From: an uncultured Bacilli bacterium
Lineage (GTDB): Bacteria > Bacillota_I > Bacilli_A > RF39 > UBA660
Length of the DNA: 64,000 nt
Assembly (NCBI GenBank): GCA_910580135.1
Contig: CAJTXC010000001.1
Location: forward strand, 2,425 to 66,424
Reading direction: 5' to 3'
Shown here: in pieces, positions 9,571 through 17,738 of the stretch
Position numbering within the stretch: position 1 is the stretch's first letter
Layout: the number at the start of each line of letters is the position of its first letter
Made by a program: the position numbers and the translations under genes
Notes under the pieces: generated by a model
Told to the model about the DNA's origin: nothing
Seen by the model: only the letters and a program-made list of their open reading frames with translations
Databases searched by the model: none

Positions 9571-9596
9571 ATAGTGCATTTCCAAACTATTCTTTG

Positions 9597-9637
9597 TCCT
9601 CTTGGTAGTCTTAATGATTATCAAGAGGATTTCTATT
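9597..9637 (+). terminator. stem-loop terminator after portal gene
   Basis: tcctcttg (9597-9604) pairs with caagagga (9622-9629), followed by tttctatt. Confidence 0.55.
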
Positions 9638-9754
9638 AAATACCACATATTTTCAAGCTGTTTCAGCCCGATAAATCATTGAGTAATAGGATTATTCATT
9701 TAGAATAATTCCGGCTAATACGGCGTAAATCTGAGGCTCATAGGGCATATTTTC

Positions 9755-9818
9755 GTTGGCAGTAGTCTATTGTAAATCGGCATTTCATTAACAATTATTA
9801 TACTTAGTGTTGGCAGTA
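9755..9818. repeat. direct repeat GTTGGCAGTA x2 (9755-9764, 9809-9818)
   Basis: Two exact 10-mers lie 54 bp apart in the 382-bp intergenic region upstream of the promoter at 9875-9905. Confidence 0.5.
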
Positions 9819-9874
9819 ATAATATAACATATCCTATTTTTAATAATATTCTTGATAAAATTATTGAAATTTAT

Positions 9875-9905
9875 TTTGCAGGTATCATTAAAAGAGTTAT
9901 CTTTG
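9875..9905 (+). promoter_or_regulatory. Bacteroides-type promoter (-33 TTTG, -7 TATCTTTG)
   Basis: TTTG at 9875-9878 and TAnnTTTG at 9898-9905 with a 19-nt spacer, 48 nt upstream of ATG 9953. Confidence 0.55.
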
Positions 9906-9952
9906 TAACGATTAGATAATCTAATAATAACATTAAACTTAATATTAACATT

Positions 9953-11236
9953 ATGGCTGTACAAGACATTGATTTTGAAGGTGCAGATAACACAGGTGGT
10001 GGTTCAAATCCTGATACCAATACTGTTGTGCCTGATAACAAAGATGATGTTACTCATCTTAATGGTGGTGATGTAGATGATATTACAAATGGTTCTACAG
10101 ATGACAACAAAGATAAACCAGATGATAAAGGTGATAGCAACAATGATAATCACAACGATGACACTTCTACGGGGGAGCTAAATGCTGGCGACCAACTTGA
10201 AGTAGATGGTGTTGTTTATACTGTTGCTGAAAATGGTGACCTTGTTGATGACAAAGGTAATGTTTTTAAAGAAGCTAAAGATGTAGCTGAATGGCTCAAA
10301 TCTGTAGATGTTACAAACGAAAATGAAGATTCAACTCTAAATCTTGCTTCTATTCAGGAAGCTGTAGGTATTACAGTTACTGATGAAAATGGTAAAACTA
10401 TAGAGTTTACAGATGATGCTGATGGCGTTAAGTCATATATTGACTCTGTTATTGCTCTTAGGTCTACTGAACTTCAAGAAGCTGCTGTTAATCGTCTTTA
10501 TCAAGATAATCCTCTTCTTAAACAATTCCAAGATTATGTTCAGCTTAAAGGTACAGCTAAGGGATTTGGTGATATTCCTGACCGTAGTGGTATTAAACTT
10601 GACAAGAATAACGAAGCTCAACTTGTAGCTGTAATTAAGATGGCTGCTCAAGAATTTGGTAATAAGAGTCTTAACGATAATTATATCAAATATCTTCGTG
10701 ATAGTGGTGGTCTTTACGATGAAGCTACTAACCAGCTTGCTGCTCTTGTAGATAAAGATAAAGCATATCGTCAACAAATTGAAACGCAGGCTGCTGAACA
10801 GCGAAAACAAGAAGCTGATGCAAGAGCTTCTTATTGGGAGAAAGTTAATAATATGATTAATAGTCGTGTTATTAACGGTTATAAAATTCCTGATAGTTTT
10901 ACAAGAGAAGTTGACGGTAAGAAAGTTGTTATTACACCTAATGATTTCTTTACATATCTTTCTGAGGCTACTGTTGAACAAAAAGATGGTTCTAAGATTA
11001 CAGCTTATCAGAATGATTTAGCTAAACTCACTGATGATGAGTTTATGGCTCGTGAAATGCTTGATGCTTGGCTTATGTTTACAGGTGGAACATATAAAGA
11101 TTTAATTGATATGGCTGTTAAAGAAAACGAAGTTCGTCGTCTTATTGTCAAATCTAAACAATCACGTTCTGCTAAATCTGTTAAAGTTGTTAAAAAGCAA
11201 GACGGTAAGACAAGTATTGATGATATAGTTCTTTAA
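9953..11236 (+). CDS. acidic protein, putative scaffolding protein (positional guess)
   Basis: 427 aa with a D/N/G-rich low-complexity N-terminus. It lies between the portal and capsid genes and contains the motif copy at 10166. Confidence 0.35.
   Translation: MAVQDIDFEGADNTGGGSNPDTNTVVPDNKDDVTHLNGGDVDDITNGSTDDNKDKPDDKGDSNNDNHNDDTSTGELNAGDQLEVDGVVYTVAENGDLVDDKGNVFKEAKDVAEWLKSVDVTNENEDSTLNLASIQEAVGITVTDENGKTIEFTDDADGVKSYIDSVIALRSTELQEAAVNRLYQDNPLLKQFQDYVQLKGTAKGFGDIPDRSGIKLDKNNEAQLVAVIKMAAQEFGNKSLNDNYIKYLRDSGGLYDEATNQLAALVDKDKAYRQQIETQAAEQRKQEADARASYWEKVNNMINSRVINGYKIPDSFTREVDGKKVVITPNDFFTYLSEATVEQKDGSKITAYQNDLAKLTDDEFMAREMLDAWLMFTGGTYKDLIDMAVKENEVRRLIVKSKQSRSAKSVKVVKKQDGKTSIDDIVL
10166..10177 (+). 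repeat. iterated motif, exact TCTACGGGGGAG
   Basis: Context acacTTCTACGGGGGAGCTAAAT, inside ORF 9953-11236, read as TSTGELN. Confidence 0.9.
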
Positions 11237-11271
11237 TAAATTTTATTGTTTAATTTTTAACTTTAATAAGT

Positions 11272-12747
11272 ATGTATAAACTTAGAGAAGTATCTCGTGG
11301 CAACTATGATGACCGTGGTTATTCTAATGAAGAAACCATTGCTCATCTTATGCTATCTAAACCTGAGGAACTTAATAACACTCTAACATACACTTATGGT
11401 ATGGATGATGATAGGTTTCCTCTTACGTTCCTTACTGAAGGTCAAGGAACTGCTGGTGTTAAAGATATTAAGACTGTTCAGTGGACTTGGAAGACTATGG
11501 GTCGTATGAAGTTCAATGATTATGTTCTTTGGTTTAACACTTCTAATACTACTCCGGGTAAAGGTGGTGCTATGTTCGATGTTGAGTTTGCTACTCACTG
11601 GCTTATTGAACAGTATGGTTTGATTGCTCCTGATGGTGTTACTCAAGTTCGTATTATGAAAGACCTTGGTGAAGGTCCTCATGGCGGTTATCTTTATCGT
11701 CTTAAACTTACTACTCCTGACCCCAATGCTTTTGTAGACCCTGATAATCTTAAAACAGGTAAGTATTGGTCTATGACTGCTCCTACTATTAGTGAATCTT
11801 ATTCTAAAGGTAATAGGAGTAATGTTATGGGGCCTGGTAAGATGACTTCTCAACTTGAGTTCCATCGTTATTCTAAGGAAATTGCTGGTAATATTTCTAA
11901 TGTTATTGTAACTTACGAATTTAAGACTAAGAATGGTGGTACTACCAATCTTTGGATTAATGAAGAAATGCGTCAGCATGATATTCAGCTTCGTATTATG
12001 GACGAAGAGCGTCTGTGGCTTGCTGAATATAACCGTAACGAAAATGGTGAAGTTCTTCTTATTGACCCTGACAACGGTCAGCCTATCCCTCATACTGCTG
12101 GTATGATGCAGATTTGTCGTGAGTCTAATTATGATACCTATGGTGAAGTTCTTACTCTGAATAAGATTGAACGTACTATTGGTGATATTCTTGATAAGGA
12201 TACTGATACTGGTTCTATGGAAGTAGTTCTTATGGGCGGTAAAGGTTTTATGGAAGACTTTGACCAAGCTATTCGTAATGAAGCTACTGCTAATAACTTT
12301 GCTACTCCTCTTGGTGACAAGATGATTGAAGAGTTTGAAGGTGGTCTTTCTTATGGTAAATACTTCCGTCGTTATAAGACTGTAGATGGTCATATCATCA
12401 CTGTTAAACATCTTCCTTTCCTTGACACAGGTACTCTTGCAGAGAATGCTAAGGCTAATGGTATGATTCATCCTCGTACTGGTAAACCTATGACTTCTCA
12501 CCAAGCTTTCCTTATTGACCTTTCAACTTATAATGGTGAACGTAATGTTCGTAAAATCCGTCAGAAAGGTCAGATTTATAAGATTGGTATTCTTAAAGGT
12601 CTTACCGATATTCCCGCTTCTTGGGGTGCAGTTCCTAATAATGCTATTTCTACTGAGATTGATATGTCTCGTTATGAAATTAAGAATAGTTATGGTCTGC
12701 AAGTGAATAATGCAACTAAGATGTTCCATCTGAAGTGCGTACTCTAA
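11272..12747 (+). CDS. major capsid protein (candidate)
   Basis: 491 aa, with the strongest codon bias in the window (cgt/ggt/ctt/act rich, locally higher GC). Position is after the portal and scaffold. The size is typical of crAss-like HK97-fold capsid proteins. Confidence 0.6.
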   Translation: MYKLREVSRGNYDDRGYSNEETIAHLMLSKPEELNNTLTYTYGMDDDRFPLTFLTEGQGTAGVKDIKTVQWTWKTMGRMKFNDYVLWFNTSNTTPGKGGAMFDVEFATHWLIEQYGLIAPDGVTQVRIMKDLGEGPHGGYLYRLKLTTPDPNAFVDPDNLKTGKYWSMTAPTISESYSKGNRSNVMGPGKMTSQLEFHRYSKEIAGNISNVIVTYEFKTKNGGTTNLWINEEMRQHDIQLRIMDEERLWLAEYNRNENGEVLLIDPDNGQPIPHTAGMMQICRESNYDTYGEVLTLNKIERTIGDILDKDTDTGSMEVVLMGGKGFMEDFDQAIRNEATANNFATPLGDKMIEEFEGGLSYGKYFRRYKTVDGHIITVKHLPFLDTGTLAENAKANGMIHPRTGKPMTSHQAFLIDLSTYNGERNVRKIRQKGQIYKIGILKGLTDIPASWGAVPNNAISTEIDMSRYEIKNSYGLQVNNATKMFHLKCVL

Positions 12748-12776
12748 TTAGTAATAATCAGTAAATTGATAGAACA

Positions 12777-13865
12777 ATGGATATAAAAACAAGTATTGCT
12801 GCTAATCCTGCTAAAGTTCAAGAGGAACAAATAGCAAATGTTGATAAAGATGAAGATTTGAGTAAAGAATATGTAGACAATCGTACTATTATCATTAGTC
12901 TTGTTCATAACTATTCAAATTATCGTAAAGCTAATATGAAAGTTCTTGGACAACGTAAAGAAACTATTGGTAGTTCTATTAGTTCTTGTCGAATTCTTTC
13001 TTCTAATGCTGGAGAAGTTAATGCTTATTTCCCTGCACTTGTTGGTTTGTCGCCTAATCATGCTGATTTTACAACTCGTGTTAAAGCTTGGCTTAGTAAC
13101 ATTCAGTGGGTTGTAAACGAAAATGATGTTCCTTTGAATATCTCTTTTGTTTATAAAACTAAACAGGATTATTTGAATTTCAAACGTAGAGAAGATGCTA
13201 TTGACGAAGAGTATGCTAAAGTTGATAGGACTAATCTTTCAGCAATTAAAGAAGCAATTAAGCGTCGTGTAGATGCTCTTAATACTCTTGAAAGCGAAAA
13301 ATATAAGGTTGGACATCCTGTTAATGTTGAACAGTATATTATCTATCGTCATTGTCTTCTTTATCGTGATGTAGCAAAAGATACAGCAATTGTTAATTCT
13401 GACCCTTCTATTCGTTTCTATATTAAAGACGAAGCTAAAGAAGCTGAAAAGCAGAAGAAACTTACTGAATATCGTATGCAGGCTATGCGTAATTTCATTG
13501 AACTTAACGCATCTCCTAGTAAACGTAATTCACTTTATATTGCTATTGTTGCATCAAGAAATGAAAATGTATCTGAGGCTCTTCTTAAATCAGATGTTGA
13601 AAAGAATTCTTATCTTATGGATTATGTCAATACTAATCCTGACAAATTTAATAAGATGTATTCAGATAAGAACATTACTACTCGTGCTTTCATTGAAACT
13701 TTGATTGTTCGTGGTGAACTTGTTCGTTCTGAATTTAATCAGCAGATTTCTACAGCAGATGGTACTCTGATTGGGTCTAACATGAATGGTGCTATAGCTT
13801 TCTTTAATAATCCTGATAATAAGGATATGAAAGAACTTTTTGAAAATAAACTTAAAATGTTTTAA
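12777..13865 (+). CDS. hypothetical head-module protein (362 aa)
   Basis: ATG ORF, co-oriented and tightly packed after the capsid gene. Confidence 0.6.
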   Translation: MDIKTSIAANPAKVQEEQIANVDKDEDLSKEYVDNRTIIISLVHNYSNYRKANMKVLGQRKETIGSSISSCRILSSNAGEVNAYFPALVGLSPNHADFTTRVKAWLSNIQWVVNENDVPLNISFVYKTKQDYLNFKRREDAIDEEYAKVDRTNLSAIKEAIKRRVDALNTLESEKYKVGHPVNVEQYIIYRHCLLYRDVAKDTAIVNSDPSIRFYIKDEAKEAEKQKKLTEYRMQAMRNFIELNASPSKRNSLYIAIVASRNENVSEALLKSDVEKNSYLMDYVNTNPDKFNKMYSDKNITTRAFIETLIVRGELVRSEFNQQISTADGTLIGSNMNGAIAFFNNPDNKDMKELFENKLKMF

Positions 13866-13880
13866 TTAAATAGTTAAGTT

Positions 13881-15164
13881 ATGACTACGCCCGAAATGCA
13901 CGTTATGTTTAGACAGTATGCCCAACAAATGGGTATGCAAAATGTTCGGGCTATCCTTCCTGAACAGATTGATTTGTTACTTAATACATCTATTATGGAT
14001 GTTACAAATCAAGTTATCAAGGAAAATATTGGAATTACCAATGATAGAGTTATAACTGACAATTCTAAAATCGGTCAAATTAATGCACTTCGTTCTCTTT
14101 ATCATGTGCATTATATTGAAATGTCCCCAGTTCCTAGTCAGATAGAAGAAAAACGTACATTTAGTTTTTCTGCTTCTGACAGGAATACAGGACGTATGAC
14201 AACAGATTTTAAGAGAGTTAGTAATAATAATCTTCTTCCAGAGTATATGTTTCTTGTTGATTTCTCTCTTAATTATAAGAAAGTAATCAATGGTCAAGGG
14301 TACAATGGAAAAACTGGGGTTTCAATTAAAGGAACTTATAATGTTCTTACACCTAATGGTTGTATTAATGCTTCTGAAGAATATCTTGTTAAAAACAAAA
14401 ATATAACCAGCGAAGTTATAGTAGAAGTTTATTCTGTCAACGATGAAGATTTTATTAATCTTAAGTTTATTGTAGATATTTCTATTACCGACAATCCTAG
14501 ACTTAAGTGTACTTCCGAAGGATATACTACTTATTTTCTTGGAGTCGAAGGAACTAACATAAATGATAGTTCTTATGGTGGAAAACATTATGTCTTAACA
14601 AAGACTTTTAACGATGGAGATTCTTATTGGAATAATGGAGTCATTTATAATCCTCTTGTTATAAATTCCAATGTTAGAACTTCTGAATATGTAGCTCCTT
14701 CTTTTGAAGTTGATGGACTTGAAACAAATTATTTTCCTGTTCGTATTATAGACGATGCTTATTTAGCAGATACTCTTAACGACTTTGTTCTTAAAAATCG
14801 ACTTAGAAGTCCAATTATAGTTACCTATAATAATAATAATAATAATGTATTTGATTTATATATAGATAAATTTAATAAGACTTCTGATAATCGTTATGTT
14901 CTTGAAGGTGGACTTATCCCATACATGCTTCGTATGTCTTATATTGGTAAACCTGCTAAAGTTAAGTATGGTGAAGATATTGGACAAGAGAATGTAGATT
15001 GTGATTTGCCTGAATATATGCACATTGATGTGGTTAAACACGCTGTTGATTTATATCGTGTTGCTCTTAATGGTTCTATGATGGCAGCTCAACAACAAGA
15101 ACAAAATGCTCGTCAAGAAAATATGAGAAATAATTATCGTAATGAAGGTAATGCCCAACAATAA
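13881..15164 (+). CDS. hypothetical head-module protein (427 aa)
   Basis: ATG ORF with a Q/N-rich C-terminus. Confidence 0.6.
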   Translation: MTTPEMHVMFRQYAQQMGMQNVRAILPEQIDLLLNTSIMDVTNQVIKENIGITNDRVITDNSKIGQINALRSLYHVHYIEMSPVPSQIEEKRTFSFSASDRNTGRMTTDFKRVSNNNLLPEYMFLVDFSLNYKKVINGQGYNGKTGVSIKGTYNVLTPNGCINASEEYLVKNKNITSEVIVEVYSVNDEDFINLKFIVDISITDNPRLKCTSEGYTTYFLGVEGTNINDSSYGGKHYVLTKTFNDGDSYWNNGVIYNPLVINSNVRTSEYVAPSFEVDGLETNYFPVRIIDDAYLADTLNDFVLKNRLRSPIIVTYNNNNNNVFDLYIDKFNKTSDNRYVLEGGLIPYMLRMSYIGKPAKVKYGEDIGQENVDCDLPEYMHIDVVKHAVDLYRVALNGSMMAAQQQEQNARQENMRNNYRNEGNAQQ

Positions 15165-15189
15165 TATTAACATATAAATTTAAATAATA

Positions 15190-16050
15190 ATGAAACAATT
15201 GTTTATTAGTCAGAAAAAAGCTTATGCTACTACTACTGCTAAGTATACTGACCTAACTACTGTTCCAGAGGGCACTGTTGCTATTTTCGACCTTGCTACA
15301 GGTGCTCTTCTAACAGCAGCTGCTAAGGCTACCGGTGATTTTTCCCTTGTTGTAGGTCGTGCTAGTGGTAAGATGCCTCTTATGTTCCCTGAAGTTAACA
15401 TTAAAACACTTCAAGTAACTAAGGCTACTTATCAAGCTGGTGCTACTTTTACTTCTAAGATTACAGTTCCTACTCCTAAAAAAGGAACTCACTATACTGT
15501 TGTGATTACTAAGAAAGGTACTGTATTTAATGAGCGTAATAATTGGACATTTACTACTATGGCAACAACTACAACTGCTGCCGATGTAGCTAAACAACTT
15601 ACTGCTCAGATTAATGGTAATAAGTATCAGCTTGGTGTTAAGGCTGAATATACTGGTGGTGCTATTACAATTACTGCTCTTGAGGCAGGTAAAGACTATG
15701 AAGTTCTTGGAGCTGATGGTCTTATGGGTGTAGCTCCTACAGATGTAACTAACGGTAAGAAAGCAGAGCTTGATAAAGCAGATATTCAAGACCTTGCTTC
15801 TCGTTGTGCTGCTGGTAAAGGCTTTAATGATACTTATCGCGATGGCGATAGTATTTATCCTGGCTACCCTGAAGTTGTAGATGAAGACCAATACGTTCTT
15901 TATACTCTTCGTTTTGCTGTTCCTCGTGTTGCATCTAAACAGCGTGATGAAATAGTTTATCAGATTGTACATCTTGCTGTTCCTGTTGGTTCTGACTCTA
16001 TTGCAGCTCTTGATGTAATTCTTGGTATCAGTGAACCTACAAAAAACTAA
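15190..16050 (+). CDS. abundant virion protein candidate (286 aa; auxiliary capsid or decoration guess)
   Basis: Strong expression-type codon bias and an Ala/Thr/Gly-rich sequence. A perfect 13-bp terminator stem follows immediately. Confidence 0.6.
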   Translation: MKQLFISQKKAYATTTAKYTDLTTVPEGTVAIFDLATGALLTAAAKATGDFSLVVGRASGKMPLMFPEVNIKTLQVTKATYQAGATFTSKITVPTPKKGTHYTVVITKKGTVFNERNNWTFTTMATTTTAADVAKQLTAQINGNKYQLGVKAEYTGGAITITALEAGKDYEVLGADGLMGVAPTDVTNGKKAELDKADIQDLASRCAAGKGFNDTYRDGDSIYPGYPEVVDEDQYVLYTLRFAVPRVASKQRDEIVYQIVHLAVPVGSDSIAALDVILGISEPTKN

Positions 16051-16062
16051 TTTAAAACTCTG

Positions 16063-16110
16063 ACATACTTCTCTTGATTGTAATGGTTAAGAGAAGTATG
16101 TTTAGTTTCT
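16063..16110 (+). terminator. rho-independent terminator
   Basis: acatacttctctt (16063-16075) is the perfect complement of aagagaagtatgt (16089-16101), followed by tttagtttcttt. Confidence 0.7.
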
Positions 16111-16116
16111 TTAACT

Positions 16117-16740
16117 ATGGATGAACTACAAGCAGTAAATGATATAGTAAGTAACGCAGTTAAAGATTCTTCCTATACTACAGTTTTAATTTCAAGTAGT
16201 GTTTTTATTTTATATACTCTTATAATTAAAATTGTAGATTATTACAAATCTAAAGACAAACATAAGCCATTACTTGAAATGGCGTCTGCTATAAAAGATG
16301 TTAGTGAAAATGTAGTTAAACTCAATCAAGTCTTAGACAAGACTATTCAAGATGTTGAACAAAAAGAATATGATAGAATAGCTAATGTTATTGTTGTATC
16401 GTTTCTTAGTTTTAAATCTGCTATATTAGACCAATGTATAGATACGATTATACACAATAATATTAATGCTAACAAAGATAATATTACTCAAAATATTTAT
16501 AAAACAGTAAGTACTGAGTATTATAAACTTTATTCTATCTTTTCAGCTTACGAACATGATTCGATTAGTGTAGCTACTAAAATAAAAGAAAATTGGATAG
16601 ATGACGTAACTGACGAATGTATAGCCGTAATGTATAACGGCAGTGATGCCCTTACACGAATAAGACAACTTAACCATAAACTTGGACTTATTTCTGAAGA
16701 GTATTCTATATATCTTAAAAATAAAATTCTAAATCATTAA
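16117..16740 (+). CDS. hypothetical protein with N-terminal TM segment (207 aa)
   Basis: ATG ORF with a TTVLISSSVFILYTLIIKIV hydrophobic helix. Confidence 0.55.
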   Translation: MDELQAVNDIVSNAVKDSSYTTVLISSSVFILYTLIIKIVDYYKSKDKHKPLLEMASAIKDVSENVVKLNQVLDKTIQDVEQKEYDRIANVIVVSFLSFKSAILDQCIDTIIHNNINANKDNITQNIYKTVSTEYYKLYSIFSAYEHDSISVATKIKENWIDDVTDECIAVMYNGSDALTRIRQLNHKLGLISEEYSIYLKNKILNH

Positions 16741-16752
16741 TAAGATGTTCTT

Positions 16753-16986
16753 ATGTATGATGATGTAATTAGAAAGAATATACTTGATGACCTTGAGGGC
16801 AAAGTTATGAGTATTGTTAATACTTCTATAGCTTTAGCCTCTCAAGGCTATCTTGTTAATAAAAGTAAGTATATTAGACTTGATTGGTCTAGCTTGCTTC
16901 TTCATGCGTTTGAAAATATAGATGTTCTTAAACCTGAACAACAACATTGTGTAGAACTTCTTTATAATAGACTTTCAACAATATGA
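16753..16986 (+). CDS. hypothetical protein (77 aa)
   Basis: ATG ORF with ATGA overlap to the next gene. Confidence 0.5.
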   Translation: MYDDVIRKNILDDLEGKVMSIVNTSIALASQGYLVNKSKYIRLDWSSLLLHAFENIDVLKPEQQHCVELLYNRLSTI

Positions 16987-17738
16987 GTGAATTAAAACCT
17001 ATTGAACCAGAATATATTTATGTTACAATTCCAGCTGAATATATTTGTGTTTATCATCGTATTCTTGCTATGATGGCTGATTATGGTGAAGAAATGCTTA
17101 AAGATTGTAAAGCTAGTTGTACAGATAAAAATTCTGGTGTGATTGAATGTTTTAATATGTTTAATTCTGCTGTTGCAGCAAGAAAACTTGGAAAAGACAA
17201 ACTTGCTTCAGTTATTATTACATATGTTAAAGCTAAAATCAATCAAATATATAAAGGTAAAGATAATAGTACAAGTTTTGTTTTTCCTGTAGATGAAACA
17301 GGACAACTAAAAGCTTTTGTTAGTTGCGGAGAACGTCCTCGTTTTGAGATTAATGCAGACGATGGAGAACTCTATGAACATAAACTTGGAAACGGTTTTG
17401 ATGAGCATTTTCGTCTTGGTCCTGAAGATGAGTCTAAAGATGATATAAATACTAGCTCCCCCGTAGAAAGTTTGGGGCTTGATATTATTATGACTCCTCG
17501 TTATGAAGAAATAGATGGTGAAATGCGTCCTTGTGCTGATATTACAGTATTGTATAATGGTTATCCTATAAATGTTAATAATACTTCTTATCAGTATTAC
17601 TTTGATGATAAGCCTGTGATTAGGTTTAACGATGTTGTGAACCTTTCTACGGGGGTGCATAATTTCAAAGTTGTTGTTACTTATAATGGTCAAACTAAAA
17701 TAGAAAGTGTAGATAAATATTATGCAGCTACAAATTGA
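16983..17738 (+). CDS. hypothetical protein (251 aa)
   Basis: ATG ORF containing an inverted pair of the iterated motif (17456 and 17646). Confidence 0.55.
   Translation: MSELKPIEPEYIYVTIPAEYICVYHRILAMMADYGEEMLKDCKASCTDKNSGVIECFNMFNSAVAARKLGKDKLASVIITYVKAKINQIYKGKDNSTSFVFPVDETGQLKAFVSCGERPRFEINADDGELYEHKLGNGFDEHFRLGPEDESKDDINTSSPVESLGLDIIMTPRYEEIDGEMRPCADITVLYNGYPINVNNTSYQYYFDDKPVIRFNDVVNLSTGVHNFKVVVTYNGQTKIESVDKYYAATN
17456..17467 (-). repeat. iterated motif, exact (CTCCCCCGTAGA on plus strand)
   Basis: Inside ORF 16983-17738, read as SSPVESL. Confidence 0.9.
17646..17657 (+). repeat. iterated motif, variant TCTACGGGGGTG (1 change)
   Basis: Context gaaccTTTCTACGGGGGTGcat, same ORF, read as LSTGVHN. 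Confidence 0.75.

Noticed and set aside
9660-9668. Shared 9-mer GTTTCAGCC between the intergenic regions at 9660 and 34390, as a hint of a common regulatory element.
   Set aside because: A single 9-nt match in 64 kb is within chance expectation, and the flanks do not align.
11383-12504. A 373-aa minus-strand ORF antisense to the capsid gene. Similar long minus-strand ORFs occur at 31246-32205, 5288-6064, 25889-26566 and 15310-15972.
   Set aside because: They lie entirely inside stronger plus-strand genes. Their translations are low-complexity and I/F/N/K/S/T-rich. They are the expected stop-poor antisense shadows of AT-rich, codon-biased genes. No minus-strand gene in the window has independent support.
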